Origin: an uncultured Phycisphaerales bacterium
Lineage (GTDB): Bacteria; Planctomycetota; Phycisphaerae; Sedimentisphaerales; Anaerobacaceae
Assembly: GCA_963772725.1 (NCBI GenBank)
Contig: CAVYYI010000001.1
Span: 256,001 to 320,000 of the forward strand
Length of the DNA: 64,000 nucleotides
Reading direction: 5' to 3'
The notes below the pieces were generated by a model. The model was not told the origin of the DNA and searched no databases. It worked only from the letters and a program-made list of their open reading frames with translations. This document shows positions 1 through 9,158 of the stretch, piece after piece. Positions within the stretch are counted from its first letter, which is position 1. Each line of letters opens with the position of its first letter. The position numbers and the translations under genes are program-made.

Positions 1-2597
1 GTTTTATCGAACATCTTGGCCTGCAGGCGAGGCTTGACCTTTACATCTTCAATGGCATACGCAATAATGCCTTTAGGTGAAATTTTGAATTTAATAGTGT
101 TATCAGAAATCTCAACAGTGCCTTTATCCTTATTATCCTGCCAGATTCGTGATCTGTGAGCGCCTTTGCATTCAATCAAATCTGAATTGAGCGTGATTGT
201 TACATCCTCTGGTTTGAATGACTGGTTCCAGAATGCAAGGTAAAATTTACCGTTGCCGTAGCCGGCGACATAATCAACCTGCTTATTGTCCGATTTGAGC
301 AGATGTCTCGGCAGCCAGGGCTGGACATTATTTTCATCGTAAAACTGTCCCGGCCTGTCGCCATAGACTTTTACTCTAAAGCCGCTTCCGTACATACAGT
401 TTGAAGGAAAGTCGATTTGTTTTTCGGAGCGATTAAAAGCGTCTGAAATGAGAAAATCAGTAACTGCTCCAATCCATTCACAGGCGTGGCCGGGATTGAA
501 CGTAGAGTAGTCTGTCTGGTAGATATAGTGCATGGGTGCGTCCGGAAGCTCTGCAACAAGGGAATATGCGATAGAGCGGAAATCTCCCGCGTAATTGGCG
601 TATCTTCCCACCATCGCCCATCGCTGCATATCCCGCAGAAAATCATCTTTGGCGTACGCAGCCAATCGCATGAATTGTCCGTGATTGCTAATCCAATAAC
701 CGCCGCGATAAACGTCCAACTGGACACCGACAAGAGATGCTCTCCATGCGGGTACCGTCTGTTCCGGTGCATAGAGGTTTTGCGGCAGAGAAAAACCCCA
801 GTCCTCGTGTCTTTGATAGGCATGGCCGTGAATGGGGACCTTGTTGTCTTTATCCATCGTTATCATCGTATCGGGCACCATTGGAAACATATTGTATATG
901 GAAAGGTGATGGTACGCGGATTTTATAGATTTGTTAAGATATTTTTCGTCTTTCGTTTCTTCATACATCTCAAGCATATCTCTAAAATCACCATCATACC
1001 CTGCTATCATAATAGCATCATCGAGATATTTTTTATTACCGGTCAATCTATACCCTGCTATCAAATCCATGAAATTATTTTCTTTGAAACCTTTTTTTTC
1101 AGCGTAATACTTAAAGACATAAGTGCGGTTTTGAAACATACCCCAAAGCGATACCAATTGGCCGGTATCCGGATAGGGAGAACCGACGTCTCTTTTACTG
1201 GAGCTCACCATGCCGGTTTCATAGATATTGTACGGCGTAAATACGTTGTTCTTTCTCGACAAGGCAAATTCAACCATCGGCAGAGCCCTGTTTTTGTAAA
1301 AGTCCTCATCATCTGTCAGAATCGCCGCAGCCAAGCCGAACATTGGTGAGAATGGTTTGAAAGTGCCGGACTGGTCTGACCAGTAATTATAATACTTTTG
1401 CTCATCGTGCCACATGCAGTAATTGCGGCCATCACGGTTGCTGAGATAATCCATAAGATTTTCAACCGTATTATCGAGCGGACCGGTGCCGCTGTTGTCG
1501 CGCATGTCACGGAAATGATAAATATTTTTGGCGACATATTTATAAGTTTCTTCCCAGTTTCCTGGTCGCAAGACATAATGAACAGCAAAGTTATAGGTGT
1601 TACCTGAATTCATCCTTGATTCATAACCGCCCATTATCGGCGCAAAAGCCACCTGACGCAATTGCTCGTTTTTATTTTCCATCATCATCCCGAAACGGGA
1701 ATTGCTTTCCGACGCAAGAGAGTATGTCCATACACCCTGACTGTCTGTAACAAGCCTAAAAGGACTTTCATCGGGGTCAATCACGAGAACCGAGTTCATT
1801 TTTTCAGTGGCAATATGGACCCTCGGCATAGCCATATGTGCCTCGGACATAACATAATTAAATTGGCTGAATCCTCTTTCGGCAGTTTCCTGCGGCACAG
1901 GCAAAGCTTCTTCCGAATTAATGCATGGCAGGCCGGTAAAAGCAGTCGAATAAAAACCATCTTTTTTTACTTTTAGACTATATCTTATTAGCGGGTCTCC
2001 CTGTTCAGAGGGGAGTATAACCTCCGCAGTTAGCGAAAAGTTCGGCTGTTCATCAAAAAGCCAGGTAATAGAGTTATTGGCAGACGAAGATTTGACGGCT
2101 TTTAGTGTTGTTTTTTGACCCGCAAGATAGGGGTCCATAGTTCCTTTAACAGACAAATCTTCTGCTTTTTCGATAACTTTACCTTTGGCATTTTTATAAA
2201 CAAATGTACGTTCACCTCTGGAGTTAACGATAATTTTAATATCGCCTTTTGCCCCCAGTAAATCCGTCTCTTTATTGGGAGATTCAGGGTCATTGCTGTA
2301 GAATGCCCATCTTTGGGCAAGTGTGGGCATTTGAGGGTAAGGACTGGGTTGACGTCTGTCAAACCGACCGATTCGATTTATTCCGAAGCCGGGGTCTTTT
2401 TCGCTGTACATAACTGTGAATTTCCCGGAGAGCTTCTGAACAGGAACATCCTTTGCTTTTACCTCGATTGAGTTATCTGCCAGGAGTGTCAGTTCATATT
2501 GCTGGTTTTTCAGCACAGTAGCGCTTTCAGCGGTTTTTATGGCGATACAAAAAACCGCCAGGGATAATATTAATAATCTTGTTTTGTTGATAATCAT
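1..2597 (-). CDS. Secreted uncharacterised 'family X' protein, copy 1 (putative (alpha/alpha)6 glycoside hydrolase-like); 3' end runs off the window
   Basis: Hand translation from ATG 2597 (RBS AGGAG just upstream) gives MIINKTRLLILSLAVFCIA... with an unbroken frame to the window edge, so it is missing from the ORF track. Collinear with 31739-34615 (e.g. PEQTVPAWR, RWAMVGRYANYAGD, TFNPGH, YGDRPGQFYDE). Confidence 0.9.
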   Translation of the reverse strand, partial: MIINKTRLLILSLAVFCIAIKTAESATVLKNQQYELTLLADNSIEVKAKDVPVQKLSGKFTVMYSEKDPGFGINRIGRFDRRQPSPYPQMPTLAQRWAFYSNDPESPNKETDLLGAKGDIKIIVNSRGERTFVYKNAKGKVIEKAEDLSVKGTMDPYLAGQKTTLKAVKSSSANNSITWLFDEQPNFSLTAEVILPSEQGDPLIRYSLKVKKDGFYSTAFTGLPCINSEEALPVPQETAERGFSQFNYVMSEAHMAMPRVHIATEKMNSVLVIDPDESPFRLVTDSQGVWTYSLASESNSRFGMMMENKNEQLRQVAFAPIMGGYESRMNSGNTYNFAVHYVLRPGNWEETYKYVAKNIYHFRDMRDNSGTGPLDNTVENLMDYLSNRDGRNYCMWHDEQKYYNYWSDQSGTFKPFSPMFGLAAAILTDDEDFYKNRALPMVEFALSRKNNVFTPYNIYETGMVSSSKRDVGSPYPDTGQLVSLWGMFQNRTYVFKYYAEKKGFKENNFMDLIAGYRLTGNKKYLDDAIMIAGYDGDFRDMLEMYEETKDEKYLNKSIKSAYHHLSIYNMFPMVPDTMITMDKDNKVPIHGHAYQRHEDWGFSLPQNLYAPEQTVPAWRASLVGVQLDVYRGGYWISNHGQFMRLAAYAKDDFLRDMQRWAMVGRYANYAGDFRSIAYSLVAELPDAPMHYIYQTDYSTFNPGHACEWIGAVTDFLISDAFNRSEKQIDFPSNCMYGSGFRVKVYGDRPGQFYDENNVQPWLPRHLLKSDNKQVDYVAGYGNGKFYLAFWNQSFKPEDVTITLNSDLIECKGAHRSRIWQDNKDKGTVEISDNTIKFKISPKGIIAYAIEDVKVKPRLQAKMFDK

Positions 2598-2612
2598 AAT
2601 TTTCTCCTGTAA

Positions 2613-5507
2613 TTAATCTATTTGAATAATATTTTGCGGCGGGAGGTCTTTTTGATCTTGTCCTTTTGGAAGCTGGTTCTCAGGGCAGGGGGATTCAAAA
2701 AGCGATTTTATAGTATTGATGTCAAGCTGGACTTTAGGGTCGAAGCTGTCGCTGCCGACATACGCAATAATACTATAGAAAAGCTGTCTGACCTCCGGTT
2801 TATCCTTGTTATTAAGCAGGTCGGCAGAGCAGAAAAGCAATTTGCCTTTCCCAATTTTGGCTTCGAAGATGAGGCCTAACTTGCGTGATGTTTCATAGTT
2901 ATCTATGACCTGAACAAGCGGGCGGAATTGCGGCGGCGTCTGGTCGAGAATAACCGGCCTGGCGTATTTCGTGAGAGGCCACCATTGCCAGTTCGAATGG
3001 AATTCCGTTGGGAAATTTTTGAAGAGAGGATGGTTAGGGTCGCAAAGTATGCCGAGGGTGCCGGGCGGGCTCATGTGTTTGAAATATGGGACGGTCCAGA
3101 AATTTGTGATGAACTGACCTTTTATGCTTTGCCTGAGGTCGTGAAGTTCCGGAAGAAGCAGGACTTTTGCGCCGTTGAGCAGCGATTTTGAGGTGTTTTC
3201 ATCGAGGTCGCGTGTCAGAATGATGTTGCGAGGAACAGGGTATCTGAGTTGTGCGGGATATATCCAGATGTCGTAATCGTTGCGGAAATTAGTCTGAGCT
3301 ATTTGCAGTTTGATGACGGCTTTTTGCGGGGCAGTTATATTTTTTAGCGGCAATGTTACAGTGCCGAGGTCGGCAAGTCCGCCGGAAGGAATATTGATAT
3401 CTGTCAGGGTTGTTTCAAGCAGTCGATTGTTCGCGGAGTCGTATAGCGAGCAGGTAACTTTGGCGTTTTTGATGTCTTTCGGGCCAAAATGGGCTATTTT
3501 TATTCCAGCGGTGATTGTCTGGTCGTTGGTCCATGTTCGTTTAGGTATCAGCAGCAGCGGCACGGTTTCTGAGCAGAATTGCCGCCATTTCTTCGGAGCT
3601 ATGATTCCTTTCGGGTCCATAAACGAATCAGCCATTCCGAGAAATGCTGTTCCCTGGCCTGGATAGTCCTGCAGGTCGTAAATGACAAGTCCGCCAAAGC
3701 CAGGCGTACGCAGAACAGTTTCGATGTCCTCACGGTAGCAGATAGCTGCGAGAATGCCTGATGCTCTGAAAAAGTCCCATGCCTGGTCTAACATGTTGTT
3801 GTTTTTAAGCCTGTCGCGGAATATTTCAAGAGCGTATGGCCTGAGGACGCCGGTATATTTTTTAATCTCATTAAAGTCTGGGAACATCAGGTACTGGCCA
3901 AGCTCGTGCGAGATTACCGGCACGTTCGAACATGCGATTTCTCTGGAGTAATCGGTGATTGTTGACGGTGGGTATTCGTTGTTTATGCGGCCGAGATAAT
4001 CATGAACCATAGAACCTCTGACAAGGTCGATATCGACTACAACTTTTCCGCCTTGCCGGTAGGTCGAAGAGGTGGTCCAGAAATCGCCATATTTGCCTGC
4101 TGCGGGATCAGCCCAGGAGTTGTTTGACCCCGGTGCATAGATATGGCGATGGTCGATGGAGCGGAAATAGTCAACCATTTTGTTTATCGAGTTAAAATCA
4201 CCGTCAAGTTCGTTGCCAAGTGAGAGCATTACGAAGGATGGGTGTCCGCCGTAATGTTTGAGTATCTGCTCGCCTTCTCTTGTCATAAAGTCGAATTGTT
4301 CTTTGTCTTTCATTACCGCCCAGTTGGGAAGTTCCGGCTGAAGGTACATACCGAGTTTGTCGGCAGCGATAAAAGCAGCTTCCGGCGGACACCAGCTATG
4401 AAAACGATAGAAGTTGACGCCGAAAGATTTAGCAACGTTGAAGACGTGTTCCCATTGTTCCGGACTTGTTGGAGGATAGCCGGTTAATGGAAATATACAG
4501 CCATCGTGTTTTCCGCGAAGGAAGGTTTTTTGACCATTAACGGCAAAGTTTGTTCCGATGGTGGAAAATTGACGCATTGCGAAAGGTATAATAGCGGTAT
4601 CGGTGAGAGTCTGGGAGTTGCTTTCGGTAATTATGGTAATATTCATAGAATATAAGGAAGGAGAAAACTCATCCCAAAGCCGGCAGTCTTTCGGCATTGG
4701 ATAGGTAACGGATATTTTATTCTCGCCTGGCTGAATGGCAGTTTTTTTCGCCAGAGGAGCGGGTTGAGCAGTATCATCAGAAACGGCTGACGCAGCAAGG
4801 AGCCTGATTTCTGCGGATAAGGTTTTAGATGTTTTGTTTTCAATGGTGAGTGACAGGCTGGCTGTTTTAGTTTTGATGTCTGGATATATCTGAACATCCT
4901 CAAGCCAGAGAGGGTCTCGTGCAATAAGCAGAATCTTTCCGATTATGCCATTCCAGTTAGTCTGGGTTCTTTCAGACAGAGCATGAGAAAAGTGTACTGG
5001 AAAGAGGTCGCGGGTATTATCAACCATAATAGTCAGGGTGTGTTTGCCAGGCGAGGCAAAAGCAGACAGGTCGTAAATGTGAGGAGTGCTGAGGGTTGTC
5101 TGCGAGCCGATATAGTTATTATCGAGCCATATCTTTGTGAGTTTTGTCCGCTCAAGAGAGATGGTAATATGTTTTGCTTCCCAGCTTTGCGGGATTTCGA
5201 CCTGTCTCTGGTACCATGCGGGGCCTTCGTAAGTATATATCCTGTTCAGGCAGCTCGTAGTATGTTCCTGGTTGAGAAACCCTTTTTTGTTTTCGTCTGT
5301 TGTTCCGGGCAGGGTTACAGTATCGGTCAGTTCGCTCTGGAACCATTTTTCATCAAGCCCTTTTTTTTCAGGGTCGAGCCGGAATTTCCATTGGCCTGCC
5401 AATGAGATCGTTTTGTTTGAAAGGTCGGCGGCATATATGATGCGTAATGAGTGGGGAATAAAAAGAATGTTGAGTATAAAGATAAGACTAATAGAAAACT
5501 TTTTCAT
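2613..5507 (-). CDS. Secreted glycoside hydrolase family 2 (sugar-binding + Ig + TIM barrel)
   Basis: Signal peptide; LAGQWKFRLD, YEGPAWYQR, TQTNWNGIIG, RFHSWCPPEAAF, acid/base LGNE and nucleophile ISHE motifs; 964 aa. Confidence 0.88.
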   Translation of the reverse strand: MKKFSISLIFILNILFIPHSLRIIYAADLSNKTISLAGQWKFRLDPEKKGLDEKWFQSELTDTVTLPGTTDENKKGFLNQEHTTSCLNRIYTYEGPAWYQRQVEIPQSWEAKHITISLERTKLTKIWLDNNYIGSQTTLSTPHIYDLSAFASPGKHTLTIMVDNTRDLFPVHFSHALSERTQTNWNGIIGKILLIARDPLWLEDVQIYPDIKTKTASLSLTIENKTSKTLSAEIRLLAASAVSDDTAQPAPLAKKTAIQPGENKISVTYPMPKDCRLWDEFSPSLYSMNITIITESNSQTLTDTAIIPFAMRQFSTIGTNFAVNGQKTFLRGKHDGCIFPLTGYPPTSPEQWEHVFNVAKSFGVNFYRFHSWCPPEAAFIAADKLGMYLQPELPNWAVMKDKEQFDFMTREGEQILKHYGGHPSFVMLSLGNELDGDFNSINKMVDYFRSIDHRHIYAPGSNNSWADPAAGKYGDFWTTSSTYRQGGKVVVDIDLVRGSMVHDYLGRINNEYPPSTITDYSREIACSNVPVISHELGQYLMFPDFNEIKKYTGVLRPYALEIFRDRLKNNNMLDQAWDFFRASGILAAICYREDIETVLRTPGFGGLVIYDLQDYPGQGTAFLGMADSFMDPKGIIAPKKWRQFCSETVPLLLIPKRTWTNDQTITAGIKIAHFGPKDIKNAKVTCSLYDSANNRLLETTLTDINIPSGGLADLGTVTLPLKNITAPQKAVIKLQIAQTNFRNDYDIWIYPAQLRYPVPRNIILTRDLDENTSKSLLNGAKVLLLPELHDLRQSIKGQFITNFWTVPYFKHMSPPGTLGILCDPNHPLFKNFPTEFHSNWQWWPLTKYARPVILDQTPPQFRPLVQVIDNYETSRKLGLIFEAKIGKGKLLFCSADLLNNKDKPEVRQLFYSIIAYVGSDSFDPKVQLDINTIKSLFESPCPENQLPKGQDQKDLPPQNIIQID

Positions 5508-5522
5508 TTTTTATATCTCCAA

Positions 5523-5560
5523 GGTTTTGTTTAAATGTATTGGTTTTGTTTAAACGTATT
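5523..5560. repeat. 19-bp tandem direct repeat GGTTTTGTTTAAA(T/C)GTATT x2 upstream of the GH2 gene
   Basis: 5523-5541 and 5542-5560 differ at one base; lies between the RBS and a minus-strand TATAAT (5558-5563). Confidence 0.75.
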
Positions 5561-5635
5561 ATAGCTTATTTTCCAAATACAACAACAGCTTTGGATTAAT
5601 TATTTATAAGGAAGGCAGGCTCGCATGATAATATC

Positions 5636-5675
5636 AAAACAAAGGGCCTGTTTGAAAGATTATTCAAACAGGCCC
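5636..5675 (-). terminator. Rho-independent terminator of surface-protein gene 1
   Basis: GGGCCTGTTTGAA-6nt-TTCAAACAGGCCC stem followed by UUUGUUUU on the minus strand. Confidence 0.85.
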
Positions 5676-5718
5676 CTGTATTGTACCTTCAACTAATAGT
5701 ACCTATGCAGACAAAATA

Positions 5719-8700
5719 CTACGGCCAGAGAACAAGTGTTCGCCAATTCTGCGCAAGTAATGCAAAGTCTTTGAAATTAACCTTGGTATCTCCGTCTAAG
5801 TCAGCGGCTGTATAGGCCGGCTGATAAACAGACGCCTTCCCGGCAAGATTGACAACCTCTGCCTGAGAAAGCGGGTAATCATAGACTCGGAAATCATCAA
5901 TCTTGCCACGATAATTCATGCTGCTGGTAAGAGCGTACCCGCCGACAAGGAACGTCTGCAGATATCTATATATTGGACGAGTTGCCCCGGTGTTCTCGGC
6001 TACGAGAATACCATTATGATAAATTCTCGCGATGCCTGCATCAGCGTCTTTCGTCACAGCGAAGTGGTTCCACGAGCCTCTGTATGCCTCGGTAGACGGA
6101 CTCAGCCAGCTGACAGGGTCCCAGCCGTAGTACCATAATGGCCAGCCAGGCAATTGAGTGCCGATATGTCCGCTCTCAAATACTATGGCTATTCCCTCAG
6201 GATATATGGGCGGTGTGCCTGCATCGTTTTGCGGTATTTCCAGACATATCACATGTCCGGGTGTGCCTGACCATGTCAGACTTGTACTACCATGAAATGC
6301 CGTCTGCCGGGTCTCCGGAGGCGTACCTGTATCGCCGTTCACCCACAACGATACTGTGAACTTGGAGTTAACATCGGTAGTGTTGGTATCATAGAAAGTA
6401 GTCTTTACCGGAACCTTTACGGTAACAGTGCCGTCACAATACAAGCATCCGCCGCTGTGGCCGCTTGGACTCCACGCGGTGGTTGTGCTGACTGTACCAT
6501 CATTGTTCCTCGTAGTCGAATCTTCAGCGACACTGCCGCTGGTCTCGTCAAATTTATACCAGACCCTGCAATGATTGGCGTCAGGCTTGGTGGCATAAAC
6601 CGTACCGTCGCCGCTCTGGAGCCAGTCATTAGCCATTATATCGACGTCGTTAAGGTCTTTAATGCAGTCTTCGCCGGCTATGTCGCCAGTGATAAATTCA
6701 GGTATGCATCTCTGGACGGCATACAGGCCGATATCGTCGAAGTACACTGTCCCTGAGCCGCCCGAAGTTGGACTTGTTCTGTTGCCTATACCAACGATAA
6801 TCTTCTTGATATTAGACAGGTTAAGGGCGGGCTTATTGTCCTTAAAGGACTGCAGGCTGATGTGCCATGGTGTCCACAATTCCGCCTTAACCGCGTTGGC
6901 ATCAGGATTATACACAATAGCGGTATTTGTCCCGTCCGACAGCTCCATATACATCTTCTGAACCGCGTTGCTTATCGCACCACGATAGTAAATCGTAATG
7001 GACTTGTAGCTGCTCATATTGGCTATCGGGGAGTTGGCTTCCATCTCAGAGTAATAAGGCGGATACCATTCCACAGGCCCGGGAGCATCTACTGTTCCGT
7101 CATTATCATAAGTGAACATGCAGGATTTGCTGCCGCCATGTTTAACTGTCCCGCCATCATAAATAATTGAGCCGGAATTCTGGGTATAGTACCCATCTCT
7201 CCAGACATACCACATAGAACCAAGCCACACAGGGATTATATCTTTCCTGTTGTATGGCGGCTCGCCGCCCACGTTATTGTAGTCCTCGAAATCTTCCAAA
7301 ACCTCATGGTCAGTCGTGCCAAATGTCCAGACCTGGCCTTTGGATGTCTTCGGAATATTGAGATTAACCTCGTCAACTCTCCAGTAATATGTCTTGTTAT
7401 AGGCGAGACTAACCGCCGGAACCAAAGCGCTGAGATTGACGCTGTTGGAATCGGCACGCTTAAAACTGATACCGGCCGTTGATGAAGTAGCGCTATTGAC
7501 ATTATCCCAGCTCGTGCCGAAATAAACATCGTGCTTCTTCGCATAATTGCCGGGCGCCCAGATAAGTGATGTGGAAAGCTCTACGCCTGTCGCGTCATCT
7601 GCCGGAGTCGGGGCGTAAGCAATGTTATAATCAATCGGGGTTGTTGTCATAATCGTGGTGGTGCCGCCGGTTGTGTTCAAAGTAAGTGTAACCGTCGAGC
7701 CGTGCAAACCTGTAATCCAGCCATTATTAATATAGCCCTGGTAGGCAGATACCTTATCACCGGCAGAGATAATCTTGCCGGGGCGCCTATCTCAATGTGT
7801 CCGTTGGACCTCATAGTAAGACCTCCGCCGGAGAAATTAATTACGCCGCCGGAGAGGTGTATTACACCGCTTTTTGCTGTGGCCTCATTAGGCAATGCCA
7901 TCTTGCTCACGTTGAACGTGCCGCCGCTCATATTAAGTGTAGCAGTACCATTATTGGGTAATCTTATACCGCTGGAAGCCTCGTAGGGACTGTTAATAAG
8001 ACCGCTGGTCATATTTATAGTCGCTATGCCGCTGTTGCCTGTGTGTCCGCATCTGATACCGCCTGTTCCCAAAAGAATTGTGCCGCCATCTACATTTAAT
8101 GTACCGACTACAGTACCGCTATTAGCAATACCGCCGTCGCCTATCCTGAGAATGCTCCCTGTACTATCGGCCTTGAGCAAGCTGTTGGTCAGGGTCAAAG
8201 TGCCGTTACCGCCGGCATACATACCAATCGTTACATCCTTGGAAAATTTAAGTGTGCTGTTGGTCACATTCAGAGTGCCGGTACTATAATTGCCCACGAT
8301 TAGACTGCAGCCTGTTACGTTGTTGAAATCTAAAACACTGCTGTTAGTTACATTCACAGTGCCAACTCCGGTAGAGCCTGAAGCAGAGCCGCCGATATAC
8401 AAACTTCTGCCGGTTGTCGCCTTTTGGGAAATTGTACCGCCGGAAATGTTTAAAGTAGGGGTACCTTTTTCACCGACGTATGTGTGGCCATAGCTGTCTA
8501 TTGCGCCGCTGTTAACGGCAAGAGCGCCGGTTGTGCCGTCAGTTGCGGCCAAATACAGGGTGCCGGCTGTGCCTGTAATACCGCTGCCGATTAAGCACTC
8601 ATCGGCGCCTCCGGCAGTGCCTTTATTAATATAGGCAACATCGGCGCTTGTTGGGACACCATTGACATCCCAGTTGTTTGGTTCTTCCCACTTCTTGTCG

Positions 8701-8798
8701 CTAAACTGGTTGTCCCATGTTTTATTAGCGGCGGGGACGGTTCCGGTCATGGCCAGAACCAAAAACAAAAACATTAAACAAGTTAATTTCTTACCCAT
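5719..8798 (-). CDS. Secreted beta-helix-repeat / Fn3-like / CBM-like / LamG / dockerin-like surface protein, copy 1 (one -1 frameshift at ~7780)
   Basis: Start MGKKLTC at 8798 with AGGAGG RBS. ORFs 7677-8867 and 5719-7707 join into one protein collinear with 9159-12527 if one C is restored in GGCGCCCC[C]GGCAAG (IGAPGKI). GxGTLxIxGG repeats, HDVYFGT, LEDFExY, WNHFAVT/GKIDDFRVY (LamG), ADLDGDxKVNFKDFALLAQNW. Confidence 0.85.
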
Positions 8799-8959
8799 AA
8801 ATGTATACCTCCTGTTAATAAAAAAATTTTTCGCTTTGGATACGCTCCAAATGCGATTAAATATCACTTAACCGTAAGATTAAACACTCAATTCATTGTG
8901 TCTTTTACCCTTCTCCGTAACAATAATCTCTAAATCTATACCTAATTCCAAACAATAGT

Positions 8960-9024
8960 ATTATCGGTCTTCTGCATCGAAAAGTCAACACCATTTTGCG
9001 GCAATCTCCAACCATTTTGCGGCA
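8960..9024 (-). promoter_or_regulatory. sigma70 promoter (TTGACT-17-GATAAT) with tandem XylR-type operator
   Basis: -10 at 8960-8965, -35 at 8983-8988; ACCATTTTGCGGCA at 8990-9003 and 9011-9024 (21-bp period). Confidence 0.8.
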
Positions 9025-9075
9025 GCGATTTTTATATTCAAATAAGATGATCCCAATTCGTAATCACCGGATATC

Positions 9076-9115
9076 AAAACAAAGGGCCTGTTTGAAAGAT
9101 TATTCAAACAGGCCC
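9076..9115 (-). terminator. Rho-independent terminator of surface-protein gene 2 (identical to 5636-5675)
   Basis: Same 13-bp stem and U-tract. Confidence 0.85.
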
Positions 9116-9158
9116 CTGTATTGTACCTTCAACTAATAGTACCTATGCAGACAAAATA

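Noticed and set aside
996..1063. 14-bp repeat ATACCCTGCTATCA twice, 54 bp apart
   Set aside because: Encodes IAGY twice in helical hairpins of family X; only two copies, not an array
371..2362. Short ORFs (486-1349 +, 371-823 -, 1316-1588 -, 2102-2362 -) suggesting a fragmented pseudogene
   Set aside because: Hand translation shows one intact minus-strand frame from 2597 to the window edge; these are shadow or off-frame ORFs
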